Assembly: GCF_001194135.2 (NCBI RefSeq)
Contig: NC_069002.1
Location: 30,456,436-30,494,637 of the forward strand
Direction: 5' to 3'
Source: Octopus bimaculoides
Lineage: Eukaryota
DNA: 38,202 nucleotides
In this document: piece after piece, positions 22,701-33,924 of the stretch
Layout of the letters: every line of letters begins with the position of its first letter
Numbering within the stretch: position 1 is the first letter of the stretch
Made by a program: the position numbers and the translations under genes
Notes under the pieces: generated by a model
The model's database searches: none
Told to the model about the DNA's origin: nothing
The model's input: the letters and a program-made list of their open reading frames with translations, nothing else

Positions 22701-24035
22701 GGCCAACGGGTTTTCGGGTGTGAAGAAATGCTGTGAAGTTAAGTGCATTATGGACGTGAAAACCCAGAGTAACCCTGTAGACTGGCCATATCTATCTTTA
22801 TTTGTCTGTCTGTCTATCTATGTATCTATCTATCTCTGTCAGACGGGACCTTGGTGACTGCCATGAGGCAGGAAAGTATACTAGTCCCTATATATTTAAT
22901 ACTCTATATTTAATACTCAATATTTCATATATTCAATAAGACATTCAATACTTCATTTCATTTTACTATTTATATTATATATTCTATATACCACATTATT
23001 TTTATAAGAATATAAATNNNNNNNNNNNNNNNNNNNNNNNNNNNNNNNNNNNNNNNNNNNNNNNNNNNNNNNNNNNNNNNNNNNNNNNNNNNNNNNNNNN
23101 NNNNNNNNNNNNNNNNNNNNNNNNNNNNNNNNNNNNNNNNNNNNNNNNNNNNNNNNNNNNNNNNNNNNNNNNNNNNNNNNNNNNNNNNNNNNNNNNNNNN
23201 NNNNNNNNNNNNNNNNNNNNNNNNNNNNNNNNNNNNNNNNNNNNNNNNNNNNNNNNNNNNNNNNNNNNNNNNNNNNNNNNNNNNNNNNNNNNNNNNNNNN
23301 NNNNNNNNNNNNNNNNNNNNNNNNNNNNNNNNNNNNNNNNNNNNNNNNNNNNNNNNNNNNNNNNNNNNNNNNNNNNNNNNNNNNNNNNNNNNNNNNNNNN
23401 NNNNNNNNNNNNNNNNNNNNNNNNNNNNNNNNNNNNNNNNNNNNNNNNNNNNNNNNNNNNNNNNNNNNNNNNNNNNNNNNNNNNNNNNNNNNNNNNNNNN
23501 NNNNNNNNNNNNNNNNNNNNNNNNNNNNNNNNNNNNNNNNNNNNNNNNNNNNNNNNNNNNNNNNNNNNNNNNNNNNNNNNNNNNNNNNNNNNNNNNNNNN
23601 NNNNNNNNNNNNNNNNNNNNNNNNNNNNNNNNNNNNNNNNNNNNNNNNNNNNNNNNNNNNNNNNNNNNNNNNNNNNNNNNNNNNNNNNNNNNNNNNNNNN
23701 NNNNNNNNNNNNNNNNNNNNNNNNNNNNNNNNNNNNNNNNNNNNNNNNNNNNNNNNNNNNNNNNNNNNNNNNNNNNNNNNNNNNNNNNNNNNNNNNNNNN
23801 NNNNNNNNNNNNNNNNNNNNNNNNNNNNNNNNNNNNNNNNNNNNNNNNNNNNNNNNNNNNNNNNNNNNNNNNNNNNNNNNNNNNNNNNNNNNNNNNNNNN
23901 NNNNNNNNNNNNNNNNNNNNNNNNNNNNNNNNNNNNNNNNNNNNNNNNNNNNNNNNNNNNNNNNNNNNNNNNNNNNNNNNNNNNNNNNNNNNNNNNNNNN
24001 NATATATATATATATATACACATCATGTATATCAA

Positions 24036-24075
<40 letters not shown>

Positions 24076-24094
24076 GCATGTATATATGTATGTG

Positions 24095-24310
24095 TATGTG
24101 TGTCTTTGTGTTTGTCTCCTTCCACCGCTTAACGATCAAAGATGGTTTGTTTACATCGCCATGACTTAGCAGTTTGCTAAAAGAGACTGCTCGAATAAGT
24201 ACCGCACTTAAGAAATAAGTACTAGAGTCTATTTCTTTGACTATGCCCTTTAAGGTGGTTCTTCAGTATGGCTGCATCCCAATGACTGAAACAAATTAAC
24301 GATAAAAGAT
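24095..24310 (+). mobile_element. SINE A 3' half, degenerate
   Basis: ACTTAGCAGTT..GAATAAGTAC..AATGACTGAAACAA. Confidence 0.75.
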
Positions 24311-24434
24311 AAGCAGTTTAAGTTAATCCATGTAAATTAAATGGAATAACGAAAGCTAATCCTCAGCGGAAGCTAATTCTTCCAGTAATGAGAAAACGCC
24401 ATGCAAGAAATCGGTAAGCATAACCAGATGAAAT

Positions 24435-25137
24435 ATTGATTTCAAATTTTGGCACAAGACCAGCAGTTTTGGGGGTGGGTTTCAGTCAATTGCATTGATC
24501 CCAATACACAACTGGTACTTAATTTATCGACCCCAAAAGGATGAAAAGCAAAGTCAACCTCGGCAGAATTTGAACTCAGAATGTAAAGATGAGCGAAATG
24601 CTGCTAAGCATTTTGCTTGGTGTACTAATGATTCCTATTTCTTTATTGCTCACAAGGGGCTAAACATAGAGGGGACAAACAAGGACAGACAAAGGGATTA
24701 AGTCGATTACATCGATCTCTAGTGTGTAACTGGTACTTATTTAAATGATCCCGAAAGGATGAAAGGCAAAGTCAACCTTGGCAGAGTTTGAACTCAGAAC
24801 ATAGCGGCAGACGAAATACCGCTAAGCATTTTGCCTGGCGTGCTAACGATTCTACCATCTCAATGCCTTAATCAAATAAAATATTTATTTCTTTATTGCC
24901 CACAAGAGGCTAAACATAGAGGGGACAAACAAGTTCAGACAAAGGGATTAAGTCACTTACATCAACCCCAGTGCATAACTGGTACTTATTTAAATGATCC
25001 CGAAAGGATGAAAGGCAAAGTCGACCTTGGCAGAGTTTGAACTCAGAACACGAAGACAGATGAAATACTGTCAAGCATTTTGCCCGGTGTGCTAACAATT
25101 CTGCCAGCTCAATGCCTTAATCAGATAAAATATTAAA
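24435..25137 (-). mobile_element. Array of three SINE C copies
   Basis: Three collinear cores; the last two share private variants and flanking sequence. Confidence 0.9.
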
Positions 25138-25454
25138 AATAGATTTTAATCTGGAAGTTTCAGTTATTATTGGAGATTAGAATCAAGAATGAAGAATTTT
25201 CTTTTTTTTTTCAAAAACAATGAAACGGAAGAGTGGAATGATGAGAGAATGGTATTTTTATTTTAAAATTGCATGTTTAAGAATAATCTGTTAATCTGTG
25301 AAGATCTGACGTTGTCATCGTTCTCATCATCATCATCATCATCATCATTGTCGTCGTCATCGTTGCTTCTGTCATTGTTGTTATCCTCACCACCACCATT
25401 GTTGTATTTGTCATCATCATCACCATCATTGTCGTTATTATCATCATCACCACC

Positions 25455-25625
25455 ATCATCATTTAATGTCCACTTTTCCATGCTTGCATGGGTCAGACGG
25501 AATTTGTTGAAGCAGATCTTCCACAGCCAGATGCCCTTCCTGTCACCAACCCTCGCCTGATTCCTAAGCAAGGCAATGTTTCCTCATGACTGGACATATT
25601 TTCCATGGAAGACTGAAAACAATTT
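25455..25625 (-). mobile_element. Retroposon B-related 3' end after a long (TCA/TCG/CCA) tract
   Basis: TTAATGTCCACTTTTCCATGC..CAGCCAGATGCCCTTCCTGTCACCAACC. Confidence 0.7.
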
Positions 25626-25714
25626 ATTCACAACCATCTCGTGATGTCTAGACAAGGGTTCACTCAAAACACAAATACACCCATGTGAGCACACACACAC
25701 AAATATACATATAT

Positions 25715-25913
25715 ACTCTTTTACTCTTTTACTTGTTTTTACTTGTGGCCATGCTGGAGCACCACCTTTTTTTAGTCGAGCAAATCGACCCCAGGACTTA
25801 TTCTTTGGAAGCCTAGTACTTATTCTATCGCTCTCTTTTGCGGAATCGCTAAGTTACGGGGACGTAAACACACCAGCATCGGTTGTCAAGCGATGTTGGG
25901 GGGACAAACACAG

Positions 25914-25944
<31 letters not shown>

Positions 25945-26115
25945 CATATATACGACGAGCTTCTTTCAGTTTCCATCTACCAAATCCACTCACAAGGCTT
26001 TGGTTGACCCAAGGCTATAGTAGAAGACACTTGCCCAAGGTGCCACGCAGTGGGACTGAACCCGGAACCATGTGGTTCGTAAGCAAGCTTCTTACCACCC
26101 AGCCACTCCTCCTAT
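25715..26115 (-). mobile_element. SINE A full-length copy (plus a second head at ~26225-26300)
   Basis: Reverse complement of 33486-33885 with high identity. Confidence 0.92.
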
Positions 26116-26659
26116 ATACACACACATACATGCATACACATGAACATACATACTGGAACTATAAAAATCTGCAAAACTTTCCAGAAGTTTATCATTTAAA
26201 TATATGTGAGCACGTCTAGATATGCAATTATATGCAGTGGGACTGAACCCAGAACCATGTGGTTGAGAAGCAAGCTTCTTACCACCCAGCCACGTCTGTG
26301 CCAATACCTTTTTTTTTTTTTTTGGAAGATAGTAAGACATGATTGAAATGAGTTTTTCGCTTCTATTTCTAGCAGTTTGAGTGAGCACTTAGAGTGGGCC
26401 GTTCCTCCTTTTGTCTCTTGTCCTTTCCATTGTTGTCTCTTATATCCTACAACACATAAATAATGAGATGAAGACACTGGAAGCAGACTATAATAATAAT
26501 AATAATAATGATATTACTGTTGCTGTTGTTGTTGTTGTTCGCATGTAAATATTTAATAATATTATAAATGTCAGATGTTAGTGAAGCTGTTATTAAACTG
26601 GGTTTTCTGTTTTAATAGTTTATTATGTGATGGTGTCATGTCTCAAATATCTATGGGCA

Positions 26660-27300
26660 GCAGCAGCACCATCATCACCAACAACATTATAACTACTGTT
26701 GTGCTGCCGCCATCACCACCACCACCACCACCACCACCATCCGTCACTATTGTCAATACCACTACCATAATTATCACCACCACCACAACCATCACTATCA
26801 CCATCATCACTATCATCTGTCACTATTGTCAATACTACTACCACCACCACCACCACCACCACCACCATCACAACCATCACCACCAAACCACCACCACCAA
26901 TATTACACCACCATCGCCACCACCGCCACAAACTACCATCATCCTCACCACTGTCCACCGCCACCATCATCCTCACCATAACCATCACTATCAACACCAT
27001 CGCCACTACCACAACCATCATCACCACCACCACCACCACCACCATTATCACCACAGCTGTGCCACAACCGTCACCACCACCACCACCAACAACAACAACA
27101 TCGACAACAACAACAGTGGATATGGCAATGTATTCGCATCCTTCCAGTCAAATATTTAGTTTCTCTTTCAAATGTTTTAGCTTTGGATGTCACCACAGAA
27201 TAGTTTAGGGTTGTTGTTGTTGTTGTTGTGGTGGTGGTGGTGGTCAAGGCGATGGTGAAGGTGATGGTGTTCGCGGTGGTGGTGGTGATGGCGAGGGTAG
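26660..27300. repeat. Compound (CAC/CAT/AAC) and (GTT/GGT) trinucleotide tracts
   Basis: Direct reading. Confidence 0.9.
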
Positions 27301-27813
27301 AGATGTATAGTTAGTCAGGGGAAGGGGAAGGTTTAGTGCCTTTGAACAAAATGGCGTGACCTATGTTGTTGATGGTTGGTGCGGAATGTCTGTCTGTCTG
27401 TCTTAGAGCAATCTATCTACTGGCCAAAAGATGTCAGCAAAATCATTNNNNNNNNNNNNNNNNNNNNNNNNNNNNNNNNNNNNNNNNNNNNNNNNNNNNN
27501 NNNNNNNNNNNNNNNNNNNNNNNNNNNNNNNNNNNNNNNNNNNNNNNNNNNNNNNNNNNNNNNNNNNNNNNNNNNNNNNNNNNNNNNNNNNNNNNNNNNN
27601 NNNNNNNNNNNNNNNNNNNNNNNNNNNNNNNNNNNNNNNNNNNNNNNNNNNNNNNNNNNNNNNNNNNNNNNNNNNNNNNNNNNNNNNNNNNNNNNNNNNN
27701 NNNNNNNNNNNNNNNNNNNNNNNNNNNNNNNNNNNNNNNNNNNNNNNNNNNNNNNNNNNNNNNNNNNNNNNNNNNNNNNNNNNNNNNNNNNNNNNNNNNN
27801 NNNNNNNNNNNNA

Positions 27814-27965
27814 CACAGAGGGCACAGACAAGGACAGACAAAGAGATTAAGTCGATTATATCGACCCCAGTGCGTAACTGGTACTTATTTAATCGACCCC
27901 CGAAAGGATGAAAGGCAAAGTCGACCTCGGCGGAAACAAGCTTCTTACCACACAACCACACCTGC
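27814..27965 (-). mobile_element. SINE C fragment fused to a SINE A head fragment
   Basis: C core to 27935, then AAGCTTCTTACCACACAACCAC (reverse complement of the A head). Confidence 0.8.
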
Positions 27966-27982
27966 ATCTGTGTATGTATGTA

Positions 27983-28136
27983 CACTAGCGTAGCTAGAGC
28001 GTGTGCCGCCCGGTGCGGCCCTTCCGTTTACCGTCCCCGGACCCCACAAAAAGACACATTGCCTACGGCAGACCTAAAAGTGCGACCTCTTTAAGAGTGT
28101 CACCCGGAGTGGACCGCCCTCCCCCAAACTACGCTA

Positions 28137-28139
<3 letters not shown>
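27983..28139. mobile_element. 157-bp GC-rich MITE with CACTAGCGTAG terminal inverted repeats
   Basis: CACTAGCGTAG (27983-27993) and CTACGCTAGTG (28129-28139) are exact reverse complements; the element sits in a TG/TATG microsatellite. Confidence 0.75.
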
Positions 28140-28174
<35 letters not shown>

Positions 28175-28302
28175 ATGTATGTATGTATGTTCTGAATCAT
28201 AAGCCACGGTCTAGCTCCAACTTTACAAGAAAAACCTCACGAACTATGTGATTTTCTTTGCTTCTTCCTATAAACCTGAGAAATAATAATAATAATAATA
28301 AT

Positions 28303-28445
28303 GTAAATTTTCAGATTAACACCCGCGCGATTTTCACTAGGGGGTTAGGGTTTTAGGGTCAGGGTTAGGATTAGGGACGGAATTCCCTAACCCTAACCCT
28401 AACACCCTAGTGAAAATCGTGCGGGTGTTAATCTGAAAATTTACC
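28303..28445. mobile_element. 143-bp palindromic element with telomere-like repeats in inverted orientation
   Basis: 40-bp arms match at 39/40 (28303-28342 vs 28405-28444); the centre has TTAGGG-type repeats then CCCTAA repeats; (AAT)n on both flanks. Confidence 0.85.
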
Positions 28446-29019
28446 AATAATAATAATGATAATAACACCATATAGAGACATTTTCCATTTCCTAACTTGA
28501 TGTGAAGGAGACGAGGAGGAGCAATTCTTCTGTTTATAAAACAGACGTTAATTTAGGGTGTATATCGCACATTATCATATTATTTTAATTTATTTTTCTC
28601 TGTCTGCAACCCTCAATCGTTTATCTATTGTGATGACATCATATATTGTGTACAAGTCTCACACGTAATACGTGTGTAAACAGAGCCAAATATCGTGTTT
28701 TATTAACCCGCTGACATTTTTAGAGTTTTATTCAATGTCACTTTGGAAAGATCGTCATCTTATATATCTATATCTACAAATAACAATTGATGGTTTTGTT
28801 GTTTAATATTTTCTCAAAACAACATTCAAAGCTGTTAAACTTTACGATGATAACAACTCGCCTTCCAATAGAAATATTTAAACTGCTACGGACCGACGAG
28901 AGGGAGGGCTTCCGAGTGGTCATTCAACTTTCAAGAAATAACAGCTAAATCTCCCCTTCTAATTCCACTGTACTTGTTAATAAACAAGAACAAAAATAAA
29001 TTTATAAAACAAGGCAATA

Positions 29020-29112
29020 TATAAAGCTTGCTTCCCAACCATGTGGTGTACGGTTCAGTCGCAATGCGCAGCACCATAGGCAAATGTCTTCTACTCTAGT
29101 TTCAGGCCAACC
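29020..29112 (+). mobile_element. SINE A head fragment
   Basis: AAGCTTGCTTCCCAACCAT..GGTTCAGTC..GGCAAATGTCTTCTACT. Confidence 0.75.
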
Positions 29113-29116
29113 GAAT

Positions 29117-29320
29117 GCATAGCAAGGTGCCAAATCCTTCTACCACGCATATAACCTGCCAGCAGCAATCCTCTCCAGCAGCCTTACATAGCCGTCTGAA
29201 TTGAACTTAAGGCCGTGTTCAAAGATGTGGACATCATGACGCCACCCTCACTGGAGACACACCCAGAGACCATCACATTTGGGGGGAACTTGGTTTTCAT
29301 GATGCCTACGTCTTGTCTTA
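29117..29320 (-). pseudogene. DD37D (maT)-type transposase fragment, not in the ORF track
   Basis: Minus strand reads MKTKFPPNVMVSGCVSSEGGVM..HIFEHGLKFNSDGYVRLLE / RIAAGRLYAW*KDLAPCY, homologous to the 37495-37998 peptide (KHPVNIMVFGVITSDDDVMPP..GLRLNTEVY..WQQDSAPCH). Confidence 0.85.
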
Positions 29321-29332
29321 CAGATTTTAAAG

Positions 29333-30494
29333 CACAGGTGTCAAACTCAAGGCCCGTGAGAGAATTTTAGGCAAGTTTTTTAATGGCCCGGCGATATAAA
29401 GTGCAAACCACAAATTCCGCAATTTAGCAGCCTTGTCGAACGAAAGGCTGCCTGCGCGCATTCCCACGTCGATCAGGACAAGTTAAAACAAAAGTTGTGT
29501 AGTGCGTAGATGTTCATTACAGTAACTTAGCAATGTCCTGTTCCTCGTTTGGGATTGGCACATAAGAGATGAAAGTAGTGTAGTACCCGGATATTGGATC
29601 ACTCCTTCCCGCTTATACCATTTTAATCAACCGTGTATTGGTAGATGCACAGTTTTAATTTTAAATCAAAGCTAGCCGTTAAAATGACCAAAAGAAAGGT
29701 TGATTCTGAAAGCAGAGCCTTTCAAAGCTGCTGGGAGGCTCAATATATGTTTACCACTATTGGCGGTAAACCTGTGTGTCTAATTTGTGGAAATAATGTG
29801 GCTGTGATGAAGGAATATAATCTAAGACGGCACTACGACACTAATCATGAAGACAAATCGAAAAACTTGAATGCAGAACAGAAGTTACAGAAGATAGAAG
29901 AATTGAAGTGGAATCTAACATCGCAGCGGACGTTTTTCACCAAAGCAAGATCACGAAGTGCAGCTACTGTGAAGTTTTATTGTGGCAGAAGAAATCGCCA
30001 AACCAGCCCGACCATTTACTGAGGGAGAGTTTCTGAAGAATTGCATGATGAAAGTGTGTGACGTCTTGTGTCCAGACAAAAAGTAGATGCTTGCAAATAT
30101 AAGCCTTAGCAGAAATACAATTGCTGGTCGAGTTTGTGAGATGGCCACCGATGTGAAAACACAACTGATTGAAAAGGGCAAAGGCTTTGTTGCATACTCT
30201 CTTGCCGTCGATGAAAATAATGATACGACTGACACTGCACAGCTCGCCATCTTCATCCGTGGAGTGGACTCCTGTATAAATGTTACAGAAGAAATATTGG
30301 ACATGAAATCCATGCATGGGACAACGACAGGAAAAGACATTTTTGACGACGTATGTCGAAGTGTAACTGACATGAACCTGCTTTGGGGAAAACTTGGACT
30401 TACAACAGATGGAACACCGGTGATGGGCCGAAAAAAAAAAAGCGGACTAGTAGGGAAGGATGCGGTTAACGATGTAGGAGGACTGTACTGGTGA
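29333..30494 (+). mobile_element. hAT (Buster/SPIN-like) transposon, 5' half with left TIR
   Basis: Begins CACAGGTGTCAAACTCAAGGCCCG, preceded by TTTTAAAG (NNNTANNN Buster-type target); truncated by SINE C at ~30495. Confidence 0.85.
29684..30460 (+). pseudogene. SPIN/GTF2IRD2-like hAT transposase, disrupted
   Basis: KRKVDSE.R.FQ..W, CLIC..KEYNLRRHYDTNH zinc finger, PFTEGEFLKNC, SLSRNTI, YSLAVDE (D1), QLAIFIRG, GTTTGKDIF, TTDG (D2). Frameshifts near 29975 and 30392, stop at ~30084; the catalytic E region is missing. Confidence 0.95.
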
Positions 30495-30849
30495 AATCTA
30501 TTCTTATTTTACTTACTTTATCGAACCCGAAAGAGGATCAAAGGCAATTACGTTAAAGAATATGCGGTGAACTGGCAGAATCGTCAGCGCTCCAGGCGAA
30601 ATGCTTAGCAGCATTCCGTCNNNNNNNNNNNNNNNNNNNNNNNNNNNNNNNNNNNNNNNNNNNNNNNNNNNNNNNNNNNNNNNNNNNNNNNNNNNNNNNN
30701 NNNNNNNNNNNNNNNNNNNNNNNNNNNNNNNNNNNNNNNNNNNNNNNNNNNNNNNNNNNNNNNNNNNNNNNNNNNNNNNNNNNNNNNNNNNNNNNNNNNN
30801 NNNNNNNNNNNNNNNNNNNNNNNNNNNNNNNNNNNNNNNNNNNNNNNNN

Positions 30850-31255
30850 AGTGGTACTTGATTTATCAACCCCGAAAGGATGAAAGGCAAAGTCGACGTC
30901 GGCAGAATTTGAACTCAGAACGCTAAGCATTTCGCTCGGCGTGCTAACGATTCTGCGAGCTCACCGCCTTGTGAAGCAATAATAGTCTTTTCTACTCTAG
31001 GCACAAGGCTCAAAATTTGGGGGGAGGCGGGGCCAGTCGATTAGATCGACCCCAGTATGCAACTGGTACTTAATTTATTGACTTCGAAAGGATGAAAGGC
31101 AAAGTCAACCTCGGCTGAATTTGAACTCAGAGCATAACGGCAGACGAAATACCGCTAAGCATTTCGCCCGGCGTGCTAACGTTTCTTATTTCTTTACTGC
31201 CCACAAGGGGCTACACACAGAGGGGTGCTAACGTTTCTGCCAGCTCGCCGCCATG
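30850..31255 (-). mobile_element. SINE C multimer (two cores plus truncated heads); a plus-strand head lies at 30565-30620
   Basis: CpG-intact copies; junction GCCCGGCGTGCTAACGTTTCTTATTTCTTT joins one tail to the next head. Confidence 0.9.
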
Positions 31256-31261
31256 TGAAAC

Positions 31262-31620
31262 AATAATAATGCCGAATCTGTGTGACGAGGGTGGATTTTT
31301 GGATTAAAGGTAGAGTCCAGGCAGAGAAGAAGAGGAAGAAGATAAGAGGTGGGGAGAGGATTGTGAGAAAGGAAGAGAAGACTAATAGGAAGACGAGGAG
31401 GATGGTGGGGAGAAGGAAAGGTGGGGATGGAGAGAAGGAGGACAGGGGAAATGGCGGAGAAGGGGAGAAGGAGGATATTGGTGAGAAGAGGGTAGTGTGA
31501 AGAGGAGAATAATGAGGAGGGAGACGAGGGGAGGGAAAGGGAAGGATGAGGGAGGAAGGAGAAGGCAGTAGCAGAGGCAGAGGAGAAGGGAAGGAAGAGG
31601 TTGAGGAGAAGACAATGACG
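31262..31620. repeat. Degenerate polypurine (GA-rich) tract
   Basis: Almost only G and A on the + strand over ~350 bp. Confidence 0.85.
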
Positions 31621-32460
31621 AAAAAGAATAGATCTCGTAGTACTTGATTCATCGACCTCCGAAAAAGCTGAACAGTCAGGTTGATTTCTGCTGGATTTGA
31701 TCGCAAAATGCAGATGAACCCAGATGCACTCACGATTCTACCACCACCACAGTCACTATTACAACTTGCACCACCACCGCTACTACTACCACCACCATCA
31801 TCACCACCTCTACTACTACTACTACTAACTCCCCACCATTACTACAACAAGTACCACTACCGCCAGCAGCACCATCAAGACTACGACTAAAATTATGACC
31901 ACCACTACTACATTCACACAGGGTGGGCTAATTTGTACTTTGCTGTGAAGTTGACAAATCGTTCCTCTTTCAACAAAATGTAGTTTTCCCCATTGAAAAC
32001 CGGGTTTCTGGAGTTTCTGTCCGTGGCGCATCTCGTGGGTTCGTGTTCTTCAAAACCATACAAAGCATTTTATATTTGTAAGCAATTTTAATCTTGAATT
32101 TATTTGGTCGTATAACATTTCTGTATACTTCCTTTCCTAATTCGTCTGATGGTTTCCTTATTTATTTCATCTAATCTTTGTTCTTGTCTGCTTGTTTTAC
32201 AAATGAGATCCTTAAATAACTAGCGATGTTTCTTGTTTTATTAAGTCGTAAAAAGCCGTTAAGTTCTTTTTATTTATTTCCATCCCCATTTCCTTTCTGA
32301 AAAATAATTCTCTCATATTTCCCTTCAAAAGATAAATACACATGTAGAAGCTATTACACTTCTGTTTTAGGATGTATATGCCTTTTGCTGATAGCAAGGT
32401 TTAAAAAACATCTACCGCACGCCATTTTTCACGTCTGACCTATCAAAACAGTAGAGCGGC

Positions 32461-32810
32461 TGAGAGAGAGAGAGAGAGAGAGGTGCAAGGTAAGTGAGTG
32501 AAAGGAGAGAGAAGAAGGGAGATTGAGACACCTACAGAAACATAGATAGATAGATAGCAAGATAGATAAAGAGAGTGAAGATTGAAACATGGATAGATAG
32601 ATAGATAGATAGATAGAAAGAAGGGAGATTGAGACATACAGAAACATGGATGGATAGATAGATAGATAAAGACAGAGAGGGAAAGAGCGTGAGAGAGAGA
32701 CAGATAAACAGTGGAGTGAAAGAGGGAGGGGAGAAAATGAGGGTAACTAAAAGAGAAAGGGTGAAGGAGGTAGGTAGTTAGATAGACAGAGGGAGAGAGA
32801 GAGAGAGTGA
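32461..32810. repeat. (GA)/(GATA) degenerate microsatellite
   Basis: Direct reading. Confidence 0.9.
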
Positions 32811-33485
32811 TGCTGATGATGTTATGCTGGGCTAAAATAATATGGCGAAATCTTTGCTGCTGTGTACAATGTGCCTTGGCTCCTGCTCGTGATGTATTGT
32901 TTTCTGTTTTTTGACGTTAACTAGTAAATTATCTGCAAGATAGAGGTAACTTAATCGTCGTTTCACCTGACTCACAACAGTCTTTACATCTGCAGACAAT
33001 TGGAAGACATTCTTTTTTGCTTGTTTTTGTTTATTTTTATTTGTTTTGTGTGTGTGTGTGTGTGTTCCCCCCCCCCCCCNNNNNNNNNNAAAATATCTTC
33101 TTCAATTGGAGATGACTGTTGTGAAATTTCATGGTCCTGAAACTTTAAAGGAAGGGTGAAAAAAATGAAATAAAATAAAAATAAATAAACCCAACAAGCT
33201 TGAAAATTGTGGGAGATGTGCAAAAAAGAAAAAAAAAAAAAATTTCAAAAAACTATTGACAGCTTGATTGTTTACTTAACGTCTGGTGTTTTCAAGATAA
33301 GATGTTCAACAGAAAAAAAGAGAGGTTCTTTGCAGTTTATTTTGTTAAGCTTTTTCTTCTTCATCTTTGTTGTTGGCAAAATTATTTCTCTAAAACCGTG
33401 AATACCTTTTGTTTTTCTGAAGAAGAGTGTCATTTTAGTTCGTTGCCTTCTTTAGAGGTACCGGGCGAAGCGTTGTGTCCTTCAA

Positions 33486-33885
33486 TAGGAGTGGCTGTGT
33501 GGTAAGTAGTTTTCTTACCAACCACATGGTTCCGGGTTCAGTCCCACTGCGTGGCACCTTGGGCAACTGTCTTCTACTATAATCTCAGGTCGACCAAAGC
33601 CTTGCGAGTGGATTTGGTAGACAGAAACTGAAAGAAACCCGTCGTATATGTGTATGTATGTATGTATGTATGTATATGTTTGTGTGTCTGTGTTTGTCCC
33701 CCCAACATCGCTTGACAACCGATGCTGGTGTGTTTACGTCCCCGTAACTTAGCGGTTCGGCAAAAGAGACCGATAGAATAAGTACTAGGCTTCCAAAGAA
33801 TAAGTCCTGGGGTCGATTTGCTCGACTAAAGGCGGTGCTCCTGCATGGCCGCAGTCAAATGACTGAAACAAGTAAAAGAGTAAAA
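33486..33885 (+). mobile_element. SINE A, near-intact reference copy
   Basis: Complete head, central (TATG)n, 3' body with CpGs retained, GTAAAAGA tail repeats. Confidence 0.95.
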
Positions 33886-33924
33886 GGTACTTCATTTCAC
33901 GTTGCTCCAGTTACTTATTTATCT

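Noticed and set aside
26575-27159. 194-aa Pro/Thr/His-rich ORF
   Set aside because: Compound CAC/CAT microsatellite; several frames give homopolymers; no splice or domain evidence.
31194-31733. 179-aa Ser/Pro/Leu-rich minus-strand ORF
   Set aside because: Translation of the polypurine/polypyrimidine tract plus SINE fragments.
31918-31940. CAGGGTGGGCTAATTT, resembling a Tc1/maT terminus
   Set aside because: No matching opposite TIR or transposase remnant found.
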